Below are positions 11,840 to 23,298 of a stretch of 64,000 nucleotides of DNA, piece by piece. The stretch comes from Neodothiora populina (taxonomy: Eukaryota), in the NCBI RefSeq assembly GCF_041146345.1, contig NW_027191413.1, positions 930,001 to 994,000 on the forward strand, given 5' to 3'. Made by a program: the position numbers and the translations under genes. Within the stretch, counting starts at the first letter, position 1. Each line of letters starts with the position of its first letter. The notes below the pieces were generated by a model that was given only the letters and a program-made list of their open reading frames with translations, was not told the DNA's origin and did not search any database.

Positions 11840-13278
11840 TCAATTCTCCTCCTTCATCTTGCTCTGACGCGCTTCTTGCTCCCTCTCCATTTGCTCACGT
11901 CTCCTGACGGCCTCTTCACCGATGCCCTTGACGCCCTTGACGCGCTGGCGCTCTTCGTACAGCGCACGGCTCTTGAGGATGCGGTCGACAATCTCCGTGG
12001 CGTTGACGTGCGAAAAGGGATGTTCCGAGACTTCGCGTAGCAGACCCATGGACTTGGCGTCGGTGTAGGGGTCGTGAGTCCCCGGTACGAAGGAAATGGT
12101 CGGTCCGTGGTAGACTGCGTCGATTTTGTAGGGGAGAGTGGAGAGGAAGTGTTCGCTTGGGGTGAAGGGTGCGGAAAACACAAGGGCGGAGGTGTATTTG
12201 CATTGCAGCACGCACAGGCCCCGCTCGAAGATGTTCATGATGGGGTAGTTGACGCCTTTCCAGTAGTTTATCGTCTCGTCGTCGTGGACGCCTGCCACGA
12301 GATAGACGGGACTGTACGGCTTGTCCCAGCCTCTTTGTGCAGCTTCGGCTTCCTCTCCTTGGATGACATGCTTGAGGAATTCGATGTGCCCTGATGAGAA
12401 GAGATCGAAGCCACCATCGACGTAAACGACGCGCTGGCCGGGCTTAGGGTGCTGCCCTTGTACCATCTTGGCAAAGGAGCCTTCTTCACCAGATGCGTGC
12501 CACGTCCACACATCCACCCACGGTTGCTTGCCTGAGGCATCACTGGCATACTCGGTGATACGCTCCTTCATCTCCGAACCCTCCTTCTGCCTATCTGCTG
12601 CACTTCCGGGTCCTTCTCGACCGTCAAGCACAGCATCCAAGTCCTTGATGAAGTGTGTCTTGGTACATAGAAGCATACGACCAACAAGGTCGGTGGTGGA
12701 GATGCCAGGCGTACGCTTGACAACTTTGAAACGACCAGCCTCCTTGACGAAGCGATAGCAGTCGTACCCGTCGGCGTCCGAGGTGATGTCGTCTCCATGC
12801 ACGACATACTTGGCACCGTAATGTGAGATCCAAGAAAGCTGTGTCACGTACGGAGCATGGGGGATGGGCTTAGTGGCCCATCGACAAGCATCTACTGCTG
12901 CGCAGCTATTGTGGTCGTTCAGAGATTGGAAGGGAAGATGAAAGTGGGAGTGAGGAGGGAGGAAGATACACAGAGAAAGAAGTCTTACCGTTCCTGGAGT
13001 GTCATGACTGTCGGTCCTTTGTTGGCCATGATGGCCTCGTCTGAGTGCACTCCGACTAATAATTCATCGCCTAGACGGCGGGCTTGTAGCATGGCACCGG
13101 CATGGCCGTGGTGTGCAAAGTCGAAGCAACCATCGACCCAGATACATTCCTCACGGACAGGCACATCTTCCTGAGGGTCCACAGGCCAGTTGCCCGGGGT
13201 GGGTACCTCCTATTCCAGGGTTGGTGAGTGACGGGTATGTCGGAGATGAACATGTATTATACTAACATCGGTAGCCAT
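11840..13278 (-). CDS. ECT1: Ethanolamine-phosphate cytidylyltransferase
   Basis: Two cytidylyltransferase domains (WVDGCFDFAHHGH; YVDGGFDLFSSGH), RTPGISTTDLVGRML, KGVNYPIMNIFER. Short first exon MATD plus introns. Confidence 0.95.
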
Positions 13279-14164
13279 GTGGCAAAATGTTATAGAAAGT
13301 GGAGGGGACGGACTTGGCTTGTTGGTCGAAGTCACAACGTGGGTTGGATTGAACGCGCAAAGTTAAGCGCTTGAGTAATCCTTGGACAGCGGACAAGTAA
13401 CAAGAAGATGGCGCTCTTTAGTGATCAGACCTCAGACTAAGCAACAGCCAGTAATTAGAAAGCCAATAGATGGCGAAGGTTTATGTGGTGCAAGATAATG
13501 TCGTACTGTATTAGCATAAGGTAAGGCACAGGATGTTCCTTGGTGGGGTGAAGATGGCGGGGCACTGTCGCCGCTTGCACTCGGTCTTTCCAACTACACG
13601 AAGTCTCACCAACCATTAGCTCGACGCCTCGCTCGCCGCCTCGCTCGCTTTGGAGAAGCCCCTTATCGATTGCTCCTGTGTCGGTACCTGACCACACGGA
13701 AATGCCTTATGCTGTAAGGCAGCCCGACTATCCTGGGATTGGTAGATCGGTGATGCTAGCATGTCTTTCACCGCAACCTCCGACCGGCCCGCTTCTTTTG
13801 CAATCTCTTGGTGCGGTGTCCTGCCGATTCCCATCCGGAGTGAGCATGTATTTAAGGTTTACGCACATCGCACATTGCTCTTGGATGCATCGCAGCAAGG
13901 GTCTTCCAGGGGTGCGAGTGCAGGTCTGTCAGGGCTTAGGAAGCTCAGGCTAAGTTACGGCAGCCTTTTCAATTCGTCTATCTCTGTACCCATTGCAAAA
14001 AGGCACAGTAGCACCCGCAGCTTTGGAGGAAGGACCGGGATGCCGAGACTCTCCGCCGACCTTCTACCAAAATAAGGTACTGTCCTGACTGTACCTCGAG
14101 GTATGCATGCCTTGGTCCTGAACCTTACTGTACCCCCTCTCCCCTACTTGTGCCTTAGCGAGCC

Positions 14165-15703
14165 ATGCCCGACCCACCCGCCTCGACTTCGGTCTTTGGC
14201 AGGAGGCCGTCGTTGTTTAGTGGCAAGAAACGCAAGGAGAGCAAAGACATCAGTGCCAGGGAGACCAGAGAAGCCAAGGACGGCAAGGACGGTACAGGTA
14301 GAGGAGAAAGTGCAGGTGCAGGTACAGTTATATGGGAAAATCCAGAGACGGTTACCGTCACTCCACCTTCGGCGTCAGAGGACAGAGACGGGGAATTATC
14401 ACCACGGGAAGAACAATATCCGGCACAGTATCGCGACCGACAGTCATCCGTTGTTTCGATCCCCACATCCGTCAGCGAGGGCAATCTGCATCGCTCTGTC
14501 TCACTCATCTCACACGATTCTCGCACCAGTCTGAGCTTGCACAAGTCACGCGCGCCGTCTGTCGCCAACATCGCATCCTCGTCTGCTCACCCGGCCCATT
14601 CCCCCGTTCGTCTGCACCGCGTCAGTCGATCCATCAGCGCAAACGCCGTCGGCACCATCCACAACAAGTTCGGTTCCTTTTCTGCCGGCGCCGGTCCTCA
14701 CCCTCTCGACAGCATCACTCAGAGTCCGCACAGCCGCTCCCGCGACACGCTGAACCTGACCTCGTCAGACCAAGCGCACAAGAGTCCCTTCTCCATGCTC
14801 GCCACGCCCTTCGGTCATGGCGTCAAGAGACAGGACACCGGCATGACCTATGCCTCCAAGCCGAGCATCTCGAGCGACAGCGGCAATCCAATGGCCATGA
14901 CTGTGCCTGGGGGGCCCTCTAATCCCACAAGCATTTACAACAGCATCAACGAGATCTCCAACAAGCGCATAGCAACCCTCGACTATCTGCGCAAACTACA
15001 CGAAGGTCAGATATACTATCTCAACACCATGCACTACACCCCTACGAACCTGAGTCACATGCCGTCTCTACTGCCCACCAAGATCAGTCGTCGCGCCACG
15101 GGCTACTATCTACTCGGCACTTCGATCCCTCCTGTGCTCGACATCGCGAGCGGCAGTCCAGTCGAATATCTAGCTGCTCTGCTCGCCGTCTTGACCGAAT
15201 TCGACACCTTCCAGAATCTGGAGAACGGCAGCAGTGGCACCAGAGGTCGCATGGGTCAAATGTTCAAGAGTGGAATGCGCATGCGCACGGGAAGGCGATC
15301 GTCGGCGACTTCAGACAGCATCCATCTACCGGACGCCGATCACAATGCCAGCACTGCGGCACTGGACACGATGCCCATGCCTCCTTCAGCATCCTATGGC
15401 TATCACCACCACCCCGAGTTCGCCTACCTCCGCACACCTTCGTTGCCCTTCGAGCCAGACTTTGCCGTGTCTTTTGCGTCCTTGACGGATATACTCATCG
15501 ATACTTACGACAACCTCATGCAACTCATTCCCGGGCCCGAAGCGTGTACGCCGGCACTCAACGAAGTCTTCACCAAAGCGGACAAGATGGTGAGAAAGAT
15601 TCTCGTGCAGAATGTGGTGCAGGAGTTTGGCGACACCACGCGGAAAGAGGTCAAGAGCGAGGTGGCAGGCTTGGGCAAGGTCGTCCTGAGCGGGCTCATG
15701 TGA
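14165..15703 (+). CDS. Conserved fungal hypothetical protein, 512 aa
   Basis: Long intronless ORF with strong codon bias. Ser-rich disordered N-terminus and ordered C-terminal domain (KRIATLDYLRKLHEG..Y.NT; YLRTPSLPFEPDF). Confidence 0.85.
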   Translation: MPDPPASTSVFGRRPSLFSGKKRKESKDISARETREAKDGKDGTGRGESAGAGTVIWENPETVTVTPPSASEDRDGELSPREEQYPAQYRDRQSSVVSIPTSVSEGNLHRSVSLISHDSRTSLSLHKSRAPSVANIASSSAHPAHSPVRLHRVSRSISANAVGTIHNKFGSFSAGAGPHPLDSITQSPHSRSRDTLNLTSSDQAHKSPFSMLATPFGHGVKRQDTGMTYASKPSISSDSGNPMAMTVPGGPSNPTSIYNSINEISNKRIATLDYLRKLHEGQIYYLNTMHYTPTNLSHMPSLLPTKISRRATGYYLLGTSIPPVLDIASGSPVEYLAALLAVLTEFDTFQNLENGSSGTRGRMGQMFKSGMRMRTGRRSSATSDSIHLPDADHNASTAALDTMPMPPSASYGYHHHPEFAYLRTPSLPFEPDFAVSFASLTDILIDTYDNLMQLIPGPEACTPALNEVFTKADKMVRKILVQNVVQEFGDTTRKEVKSEVAGLGKVVLSGLM

Positions 15704-16383
15704 ACGGGGTCTGATCGGGTTGGTCTGGATCTCGTGGACTTTGCGACGACATGTCTATTTCTTATTTTATCTTTTTTTTCAAGCGAGGAGTTCGAGGCGC
15801 TATATATCTGGGTTTGTTGCCGGGAAGACATGGTATGGAGCGGAGCTGGACTGTTTGTCGGTTGGATACCCCTGGGTCATGGAATGAATCGGCTTGTGTA
15901 TATGCACAACCTAGCGATGAGTATCACCACCACCATCGTATTCGATATTGGAAACACTTGATTCGAACCAATTAATGTTCTTCTTTTCTTCGCCAATCGC
16001 ACCATTTCGAGAGCCTAAACACACGATGCTCGATCTGGTTCCTGCCATGTTTTGTGTATTTGCGAGGACGGATACTGCGGTACCTACCTTGATGATTATG
16101 CTGACGAGGCAGCGGAGGCGGCACGATCCTCCGATAGTACTGTATCTACAGTAAGGTAAGCGTGGGGAGCATCAAGCCACGCCCGCTACGACACGGTGCT
16201 GCAAGGTACAGTACCTTACCTACTACTATTTAATTATACAAGTAACTACGACATATACCCAGCAAAGGCAGAGTGTATGCCATCGTTGCAACAGACATTC
16301 GTGTCTCTTCCTAGTCGTTCGTCGTCCATCTATCCTGACCTGGCCAGCGCCTGCCCAGGTCAGCGCACCTCGAATTGGACACG

Positions 16384-17511
16384 ATGATTCCCTGGTCGAC
16401 GTATGTTGCACTTTCTCAGATCGAAAAGAAAAAGACACACTCGGAGCTGACAACATATGGCTACAGCGTACAATCATTGGTCATCTTCTTCGGGCCCATC
16501 CTGCTCCCCAAAGTGCTCGCCTTCTATCGATCCATCCGAGCACCCTCGACCCAACCCCCGACTCCCCTTCCCTCATCCACCTCCCGCGCTCTCAACATCC
16601 TCTTCGCCTGCGCATTCTTCGCCCTCGTCTCGACCCTCCCCTTCTTCTCCCCACCCAACATCTTCACCCAGACCTCTTCTCGCCTCCAGACCCCAACCAA
16701 CGTCCTCTTCACCCGTCTCGCAGCCCTGCACTCCCTCACCCCATCCGAAGAATCCCTACGCGCCGTCTTCGAGCGCGGCGGCCTCGAAGCCCGACTCCTC
16801 TACTTCCGCTTCGGCCCCGACGTGCTCGCCTCGTCAGCACACATCATCGCGGATCCGCGCGCAGGAGACGCCGGCATCGCCTACCTGGTCTTCGCCCTGC
16901 CCTCGCTCCTCGCCCCGCACCTCTTCCACCTCGCCATCCTCGGCGTCGTGACAAGCGCCGTCTTCGCCGGCCGCGACGCAGCCCGCTGGCGTACCGCAGC
17001 GCTGATCTCCGGCGTCGCGCTCGCGCTCGCTGACGTGGCTGCAACGGCGACGTATGACCACGGCGTCAACGCGCGCGCCACGCGGCCCGGCGACGTCGAT
17101 GCGTTCTTCTGGAAACGGAGACTCGTGGCCAGACTCGCTGTTTGCGCCACTGATGGTCTGCTCGGCTGGATGGTGTACTTGACGGCGACGAAACGCGCGT
17201 TTGTCGAGCCGCTCGCTGCTGCGGAGAGGGTGGAGGCTGCGACGAGGTCGTTAGAGGGGGTTCTGGCCAGGCTCAGAGGGCTCGGCGCGGTGAGGAATGT
17301 GGTGTTTAGGGATACGATGCTCAGGGGCAAACTAGAGCGGTACTGGGTGCAGGAGCAGGAGGTCATGAGAGCCGTGTTTGAGGATAGGGAGGTCGTTGCT
17401 GCTCTTAACGATACGCTGAACGGTGCGGATATGGGCAGGATCGAGGGCGATGCTGATACCTATGTCGAGAATATACTGGGGAATGTCAGGGTCGTGCAGG
17501 CGCCTGGATAG
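16384..17511 (+). CDS. Conserved fungal multi-pass membrane protein (family often mislabelled 'chorismate synthase protein')
   Basis: MIPWST|VQSLVIFFGPILLPK with 66-nt intron 16401..16466. PPNIF..T.SRLQTP, RLLYFRFGPDVL and several hydrophobic segments. No chorismate synthase motifs. Confidence 0.8.
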   Translation: MIPWSTYVALSQIEKKKTHSELTTYGYSVQSLVIFFGPILLPKVLAFYRSIRAPSTQPPTPLPSSTSRALNILFACAFFALVSTLPFFSPPNIFTQTSSRLQTPTNVLFTRLAALHSLTPSEESLRAVFERGGLEARLLYFRFGPDVLASSAHIIADPRAGDAGIAYLVFALPSLLAPHLFHLAILGVVTSAVFAGRDAARWRTAALISGVALALADVAATATYDHGVNARATRPGDVDAFFWKRRLVARLAVCATDGLLGWMVYLTATKRAFVEPLAAAERVEAATRSLEGVLARLRGLGAVRNVVFRDTMLRGKLERYWVQEQEVMRAVFEDREVVAALNDTLNGADMGRIEGDADTYVENILGNVRVVQAPG

Positions 17512-17736
17512 GGGAGGGAGGGCGAGATGGAGAACTTGACATTTTTATTTTCATGCATTAAATCTTGCTTTCACTGGTCACATCTCAAAGGCGAGAAATC
17601 TCCCATGATGAAAAGGAGCTCATGGCTGATAGGTAGACTTTTTTGGTATATTTCTCGGCCAGGGGGGAAAAGGAGGCATGCACTTTTCAACACCCCCAAC
17701 AACAATGTATGCGACACGTGTAAATATGTAGATGGT

Positions 17737-18553
17737 CTAAGTAAGCTTCTGCTTGATGAAGAAAGATCTCAGATGCGAGAGCTGCCACGCGCAAGTGACG
17801 ACGAGCACGGCAAGCTGGATAAGAGTCCAGCGCACGACACGGGCGTTTGTCGACTCGGACTGATCTCTGAACTCGGCCTCGCGTTCCTGATGCACAAACC
17901 AAACGTTAGCGATTGCCACACCTCCGTAGACGAGAAACGAGAAAAGAAAAAGAAAAGACATACCCTCTGAAAGACCTGCTCCCTCCTGATATCCTGCAAT
18001 CTCGCATTCAAATCCTTGACCTTGCTAACAATATCCTGGATCTGGCCCTTGTCGGCACTCTCGATAGCGCTCGTCTCACCGATGGCCATATCAAGCTCGA
18101 ACCGAATATTGCCCACCGCATGCCCAGAGGGCAACCAGCCCTGAGTGGCAGGCACATTGGTGGGCGTGAAGCAGATCCTGTGATCGCCCGAGTCGGCGGC
18201 GCTGAAGGTGAAGCGACCCTTGGCGGCGCCCCGCTGCGACACGATGCGGTGGTCGTTGTCGAAGATCTCGTCCACGCTGATGTAGATGCCCATGTCCACG
18301 ACGGGCTCGTACGTGCGGCTGCCTTCCTGCCATTGCTTGGCTTCGTAGTGGCCTTTTGTTGTTTTCGTCAGTCTGAACAAAGGACGCTGAGATGGGAGTG
18401 AGAGGAAAAAGGAAACGCACCGACGACAAGAGTGTCCTTGGGCAGCTCCTCGAAGAAGCATTTCTGGGTAGGCCCGTCAATGTAGAAGTACAGCGCGTTG
18501 GCAGGCAGCAGCAGAGTTGCGAGTGCGAAGACGGAGAAGATGACAGAATACAT
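17737..18553 (-). CDS. p24/EMP24-gp25L family cargo receptor (ERP1-type, p24-alpha)
   Basis: Signal peptide, ALYFY...[19 protein letters not shown] domain, [17 protein letters not shown], coiled coil, TM segment, FFIKQKLT tail; two introns. Confidence 0.93.
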
Positions 18554-18815
18554 GATCGGCGAGGGTTTTGGTTTCTTGTCGTGATCAATTCGTGTCGGTC
18601 GTGAAAGCAGAGAGGGACAGGGTGTCGCCTGTTGGGATATCTGCAGCAGCCGTGGTCCTCCCTGTGTATACGGTCCAGGTGTGCGCGAAACAGTATGAGG
18701 AATGTCTCCGTGCAGCAGCAGTCAAGGTCAAGGTCCCGTAAAGGTGGAAGGTACACAACACCGGAGCCAGAATGCCAAGACTGCGGGGGGCTGCATCTCT
18801 CTACTCCTTTGTTCC

Positions 18816-18836
18816 TATTATTATTATTATTATTAT
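18816..18836. repeat. (TAT)7 microsatellite in the divergent p24/SWC4 promoter
   Basis: Read directly. Confidence 0.9.
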
Positions 18837-19079
18837 TTATTCTCACTGCTGCTACTTGTACAGATGGAGGTTCACTGCGGAGCGGAGAATCGGCCTCCGA
18901 TGATTATCCGCGCTTTCCTCCATACGCTCCATCCATCTTTCCATCTCTCCACTGTGTCGCATCTTGACTTGCATTCCAACCCCTTGACGCCTTTGATTCT
19001 CTACGCCTGAATATTCCAGCCGCACGCTCGTTGCTATCCCGGGCCACACTTACTCAACGTCGCGAACCAGACAAGAACA

Positions 19080-20756
19080 ATGTCGGCCCAGGACTTGCGC
19101 GACGTCATGGGGCTGACCGGAGATGTCGCCCGCCCGCCGCCTCTGAAGAAGCAGAAGATGGCGGCAGAGAAACAAGCATTGGAGAAAGGAATGGCGCGAG
19201 AGGTTGCAGCACTCATGGGAGAGCGAGGTCCACCCATCTCCATGATTCCCGTCCAACCACGATTCAAGCAGCGACCCAGGAGATCCCATCGAGCCGCCCC
19301 GTGGATCTTGGAGCCCTTCGCCAATCAGGCTCGCGACGACAATTTGCTGCTCTACCACTGGGCCCGGAAGCAAGTCGCCAAACCAAAGCATGCCGATTCC
19401 ACCGCGTCTGAACCCGACACTGCTGCTGCTGCTGCTGCTGCTGCTGCCAATACCGCTGCTGCCGAGCGATCGCATGTCCAATCGCACGCGAAGGAAGACT
19501 ACAAGTTCGCCAAGTTCAACGTATCCGTTGACGCTCCCGAGTACTCGGACGAACTATACAATGCCCAGCTGCAAGATCCCGACTGGACCAAGGAGGAGAC
19601 GGATTACCTCGTCGATCTGGTCAAAGAGTATGGACAAAAGTGGGCTGTCGTCGTGGACCGCTATGACTTCAAACCCACAAAGACCGAGGACGGCGCAGAG
19701 GTCGCAGTCAAGCAGCGCTCCATGGAATACTTGAAGCAGCGCTACTACAACGTCAGGGCAAAGGTCCTCGCCCACAACATTCCCATCTCCTCGATGAACC
19801 TGTCCGATTACGCTCTTTACCAGACACTGCAGTCCTACAATCCCAGCGCCGAGATGAACCGCAAGAAGCTCGCGCAAGCCCATCTCTGTCGCTCGCCCGC
19901 CGAGGTCGACGAAGAGACTGCTCTTCTCGCCGAGCTGCAGCGCATAATGATCAACCAACAGCGACTCGAGAACGAGCGCAAGGAGATCCGTGATCGACTC
20001 GAGTTCCCCATCGCCACCACCAATGCTTCCGCCGCGCAGTACAGCTCGAGCACAGCCCTGGCCGCTCTTTTCCAGCAGCTGCTCCAGGCCGACCGCATGA
20101 AGAAAGACCGCAAATTCAAGAACCTCCCAGATCAGACAAATCAGACACCATCGTCCGCGCCGAGTGCTAACGCACCTGCCGCCACCTCTGCCCACCGAGA
20201 CTCTATTTCCACCAACACAGCGCCTCGAAAATCTGGCGCCAGAGACTCACTGGCTGGCTCTGCCGATGGTTCGCGTCCTCTGAATGCTCACGCGGAACAA
20301 CGCTTCTTCATCACCCATCACGACCGACTCTCGTCCGGTGTCTCCTTTGCATCTGACAAGCTGCACAAGCCTCGTCTCGCCAAGTCTGCCATTCAGACCG
20401 AAAGGATCGCTGCCACGCTGGCTCACTTGCAGATCCCAGAGATCATTCCCCTGCCTACACAAAAGGTCATCGAGGAGTTTGAGAAGTTGATGCAGAAAGT
20501 CCACGTCTTGCTCGACATGCGCAAGGTCGCCGAGAAAGAAGAGCAAGAGATCAAGGTCCGCCAAGCCGAGCATCGGATCAAAGGCGAAAAGGCCGGCGGT
20601 GTGTCTGTCAAAGAGGAGAGGAGACCATCGCTGGCCGTGCGGGAAGGCGGCGATGCCGCATCCGGGTCCGGACAGACCGCCGGTCAGAAGAGGGGCGCGA
20701 GTGTCATGAGTGAAAGCACCAGCGGCCAGACAAGTTCCAAGAGACCAAAAGCTTAG
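19080..20756 (+). CDS. SWC4: SWR1/NuA4 complex subunit Swc4 (Eaf2/DMAP1)
   Basis: GMAREVAALMGE, W...PF.N.AR.D.L.L.HW, YKFAKFN, SANT domain (WTKEETDYLVDL..Y..KW.VV.DRY), RSME.LK.RYY. Contains a poly-Ala (GCT)n tract near 19422-19447. Confidence 0.95.
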   Translation: MSAQDLRDVMGLTGDVARPPPLKKQKMAAEKQALEKGMAREVAALMGERGPPISMIPVQPRFKQRPRRSHRAAPWILEPFANQARDDNLLLYHWARKQVAKPKHADSTASEPDTAAAAAAAAANTAAAERSHVQSHAKEDYKFAKFNVSVDAPEYSDELYNAQLQDPDWTKEETDYLVDLVKEYGQKWAVVVDRYDFKPTKTEDGAEVAVKQRSMEYLKQRYYNVRAKVLAHNIPISSMNLSDYALYQTLQSYNPSAEMNRKKLAQAHLCRSPAEVDEETALLAELQRIMINQQRLENERKEIRDRLEFPIATTNASAAQYSSSTALAALFQQLLQADRMKKDRKFKNLPDQTNQTPSSAPSANAPAATSAHRDSISTNTAPRKSGARDSLAGSADGSRPLNAHAEQRFFITHHDRLSSGVSFASDKLHKPRLAKSAIQTERIAATLAHLQIPEIIPLPTQKVIEEFEKLMQKVHVLLDMRKVAEKEEQEIKVRQAEHRIKGEKAGGVSVKEERRPSLAVREGGDAASGSGQTAGQKRGASVMSESTSGQTSSKRPKA

Positions 20757-21267
20757 CAGTCTTTTCGAACGGACTCACTTTCGAGGATATGATATTATGA
20801 TTTCGGCCAAAATTAGCGTGGCGTTCTTTGGGTTTTTTACTGAGCATATTTGGGTGCTGAAGCAGCATCACTTAGATGAGAGTCTCATATCGTGCCAGAT
20901 CAACGTCGAACATTCTCGACAGCATGCTTTGTGCTGCACCGACCCATTCTTCGTGTTGCATCTTTTATTCATTCGACCCTTTGATTTCCGAGGATACATA
21001 TGTTTGTACAACACAACTACGGTCAAGTCTTGTAGGTCACGGCAAACATGCGTCAGCGAATATGGTAAGTGATGTCTTTATTTCGTTGTTCTTGTCTCCT
21101 CTATTCCTGGTGGAGCCTGGCTAGTATGAGTAGTCTGATTTGCCTCGCAAGGATGATTTTATTCCGCATCATCCCTTGAATAAGACTTTGACCAGTATGG
21201 TCCTTTTCGCCGTCTTCTTCTCCCTCTTTCAAGCTGGATTCGCAGCAGGGAAAGTCGAGTCTCACTT

Positions 21268-22243
21268 CTACACCTTCTGCTCCTTTAACGTAATCCTGTA
21301 TCTGATGAAAGACATCATCAGCCCACCCTCCGCAACACCATGACCAACACCAAATAAGAACTTACAGGAAGAGATTCTCCCTCGACCAAACAGGCTTCTC
21401 CGGGTCATCCGCCACATCCTCCACAACAAACGTCTTCCTGATGGCCTTCATGAAATGCAGATCCGCCCGTCTGCGCTTCTTGAAGCAAAAGTAGCAAACA
21501 GTGTTTGGCCCGATCAGGTCCCTCAGCGTCTGCTGCAGCAAGGGAAACGCCGGCTCGAAGTAGACGCATTCCGCCGCCAGCAGGATATCTGGATGCTGCG
21601 GCAGGTCCGAGGGCACGGCGTTGCCCCAGTCGTATATCGAGGCTTTCACTCGGCTCATTAGGGAGTTCAGCGCGATGTTTTGCTTTAGCAGGCCCAGCAT
21701 GGGTAATTGGTCTGTCAGGTGGATCGGGGAGTCGGTCTCGAATCCTAGTGCTATTGAGAGGCTTTTTGTGGTTCGTTCAGTCAGTTTCACAGTGTTCCTT
21801 TTCTCTGTAACCTCACATGGATCCATTGTCATGAGGAATGAAGAAGAAAAAGAAGAGGTGTAGATCTAACCCTACGAGTCCCCCACCAGCACCAAGTTCA
21901 ACTCTACACCAGCCGAAAACAGCAACCCGTCAGTCAAATTTGTGAGCCACTCCCAAGTCGCGCCTTCTCTCAAGCGTACAAACATTGTCTTATGCCTCAT
22001 GTAGTCCTTGTCTTGCCGCAGAAGGTATCTCGACAAGACGATGCCCGCCGGCCACAGCATTCCGCCGCATCCCTCGGTCAAGTCCTCGCGCAGCTTCAAT
22101 GGCCCCGTCTCGAGCAGGCCGTCGAAGTCTACGGTTAGGACTCCGGCCGCTTTGTGCTCGCGGTTCGGCACTAGGTCTTCGCTGATGGCGAAGACGCCGG
22201 TTCCTTCGTCGTCGGAATTATCACTCATTGTGTCGTTGTCCAT
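21268..22243 (-). CDS. EFM6: Protein-lysine N-methyltransferase EFM6-like (METTL21 family)
   Basis: EGCGGMLWPAG, spliced VELGAGGGLVGL, YDWG, DILLAAECVYFEPAFPLL, KKRRRAD; terminal exon YRITLKEQKV with stop at 21268. Confidence 0.85.
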
Positions 22244-23298
22244 TCACGGTTTTGATCTATAGATGGGGGGGACGGAAGAAGAGGGGAGTGTGTGGCACGC
22301 GCGGTAGATAATATATAAATTGGTTTTCTTGATAGCAATAATGGATGGCTCTGGACCACTAGGGAAGGGGCCGCGCGAGGTTGATCAGCTGGATTCAGTT
22401 AGCGTTTCCGTGGATACTTACCAATCATATAACTAATGACTTTTAACTAAGGTAAGGTGCCCTTTCTCGTCCTACAGTACACAGTGTGTCGGGCTGGCAT
22501 TCTTTCTGGTGTGAAATGATCATGCCAGTGCGTATTGTGCATGCTTTTCTACGCGTATGCTGAATTACTGATGGACGCACAGTAGCAGGTGGCATGCATG
22601 CCTACTCTCTAAAGATTCACACTCGCCACAATCCCTGTAGATCGCTGGTGTACCATGGTGAAAGCTGCGCTCGTTCAAGCAAGTAGCATTGTGCTCTTGT
22701 GCGGTGTTCGCTTGACGAAACGATTTGTGTTGGTTCTTTATGAATATCTCGACGAGGACGAGGTGTACGACCGGGAAATCAATCTCATTGCGTGTGAAAC
22801 TCGTGTATCGCTCACATTGTCAATCGTGGTAAATGACAGGACGGTACAAGATGGTAGGTTTATCAGATACGTCGCCTTGAATTTATTACACATCCTTTGA
22901 TCGAATTCATTATTTCCAGCAGCCAAAGTCACTGTGTATCCACCAATTCTTTCACCGGACATCTTGGTGGTTTTCTCGAGCCTCCTTGCGTTAGCTGCCC
23001 CGAGTTGCTGTGGAATGCGGTGCTTCATGCCTCCATTTTTCGAAGAATGCTTCTATCGCCCTTCTCCGTGGTAAAGCAAGGACTAATGTAGCGATATTTA
23101 AACGCGACAGCGTGTCAGGACGCGCTTCGATAGCAGAAAACCATACCTTCGAGCTACGTATGCAGGAACACATAATGTGTCGTGTCACAGTCGCATGTCT
23201 GGGATGTCCCATATGCAGGTTGACCTCGCTCTGTTGCGCAACTTGCTCCTCCTGAGGCAGTCGCCGATGCCCATACTGGTCTATACAACGGTGCGACC

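Noticed and set aside
22414..22425. U1 snRNA 5' end (ATACTTACC)
   Set aside because: Match stops after 9 nt; no stem-loops or Sm site follow.
22655..23255. Short ORFs upstream of AXL2
   Set aside because: No recognisable motifs or consistent splice structure; treated as promoter/UTR.
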